Origin: Elsinoe ampelina
Taxonomy: Eukaryota
Length of the DNA stretch: 64,000 nt
Direction of reading: 5' to 3'
Assembly: GCA_010093995.1 (NCBI GenBank)
Contig: ML992501.1
Span: 830,945 to 894,944 of the forward strand
Part shown: positions 63,007 to 64,000 of the stretch, one piece after another
How the letters are laid out: each line of letters opens with the position of its first letter
Position numbering within the stretch: position 1 is the stretch's first letter
Made by a program: the position numbers and the translations under genes
The notes under the pieces: model-generated
The model's database searches: none
What the model was told of the DNA's origin: nothing
What the model saw: only the letters and a program-made list of their open reading frames with translations

Positions 63007-63328
63007 GGCCGTATGGTCTAGTTTGGAGTCGTCTACCCCTCTCATCGTTCAAAGTCTGCTATGACTCTAAACACCTCCGCGAGGTTCAAGCCGTCGGTTC
63101 GACTCTTGTCGACTGTCGCATTAATCCTGTCTCATCACGCTTCTTTGTGAGGAACATCCACCAGGAATTCCACATGTCGAAGCCTCTGTTAAGTCAGGCG
63201 CTGCTATACCACGAGTTCACGCTAGCGATACCTACATTGCAGCTCGGGCGGCCGATCCGCCGTACACAATCGGTTCATGTGTGCGTAAACAAGAACCACC
63301 AAAAAACCTTCGGGTAGATGATTTTTTT
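63007..63328 (+). ncRNA. Candidate Pol III (tRNA-like promoter) transcript or tRNA-derived element
   Basis: A box TGGTCTAGTTTGG 63014-63026, B box GGTTCGACTC 63096-63105, cUUCGg hairpin 63306-63315, T7 run 63322-63328. Does not fold as a clean cloverleaf. Confidence 0.35.
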
Positions 63329-63496
63329 GGCTTTCCACTTGGGCTGCATCACGTGGTTGTCGGTATCACATGCTGGCCTTCCTTTTGTCCCGCACGATCT
63401 ATCTTCACACACACACCACTTCTCACATAAGGACCTACAACACCTCACACCACATCAACTCGCACCGCATCACTCACATCAAGACACTCGGCAACC

Positions 63497-64000
63497 ATGA
63501 CTCCGGTGAGTGCCCCTCATCTCACTTCTGACGGACGGATCACATCTGACTTCCCTGCAGAAAGATCAGCCTGACCGCGATGAGATTTTTGACAAAGTTC
63601 AGGCCCTGTTCGGCTTACCTCAAGTTCACAATGCGAGCAGCGCTTTCGATCCCGAGACATGCACTCAGATCAGACCATTGAAAGACGCTGTCTTCATGGC
63701 CATCGACATTGAAGCATGCGAAACGGATCAAAGCAAGATCACCGAGGTTGGCATAGCCATGCTGGATACTCGTGTGACCCGGCGTATCTCGCCAGGTGAA
63801 GGCGCTGCAGCTTGGACGGCCACGATTCTCGCGCGTCATTACATCACGAAGGACTTTATCGAGTTGGAGAATACCAAGTATGTCAAAGGTGGAGAACCTG
63901 GTACCAAACAAGACTTTGCATATGGCACGAGCCAAGTCATCTCCATCGGCAAGCTTAAGAATTGGTTTCGCTACGATCTCGGTCATCCTCCTTACCCGGA
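63497..64000 (+). CDS. QIP/Gfd2-like DEDDh exonuclease copy D (runs off window end)
   Basis: MTP micro-exon, intron 63506-63560, then ..ALFGL..DAVFMAIDIEACE..ITEVGIAMLDTR..PG..W..ARHY..NTKYVKG; not shown in the ORF track. Confidence 0.88.

Noticed and set aside
63007..63120. Canonical tRNA gene
   Set aside because: A and B boxes are present, but the acceptor, D, anticodon and T stems do not pair properly; kept only as a Pol III candidate.
8926..64000. A single defence island uniting kinases, pseudo-patatin, dynamin, vigilin and exonucleases
   Set aside because: The genes are spread over 55 kb among housekeeping genes with no shared regulatory or boundary signal; reported separately instead.

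Overview
Eukaryotic DNA from a filamentous ascomycete: it has short GT-AG introns with CTRAY branch sites and RIP-mutated repeats. Bases 1-~8600 are an AT-rich, RIP-degraded transposon block. In it a complete Ty3/Gypsy chromovirus (LTRs 191-377 and 6694-6880, ATATA target-site duplication) is nested inside a minus-strand Ty1/Copia element. The Gypsy element also carries a hidden, intron-containing antisense gene with a Zn-cluster-like Cys pattern. Next is an accessory-looking zone (~8.9-23 kb) with four divergent paralogues of an atypical single-exon protein kinase, a P450 lacking an in-frame ATG, an RTA1-like gene, a small Cys-rich ORF and a mucin-like membrane protein. Mostly core genes follow (SDR, MTG2, PMU1-like, SPF30, YAP1, SCP160/vigilin, CYB5, HSE1, STE20, a nucleotide-sugar transporter), interspersed with a Zn-finger/GTPase/RING/pseudo-patatin protein and an Mx-like dynamin. 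The window ends in a tandem array of at least four QIP/Gfd2-like DEDDh exonuclease genes in different states of decay, with a candidate Pol III RNA between two of them. Two further signals stand out: a Yap1 apparently lacking its peroxide-sensing cysteines, and recurrent sharp C-rich to G-rich skew flips that ignore coding strand. All calls are made by eye from motifs; no database searches were run.
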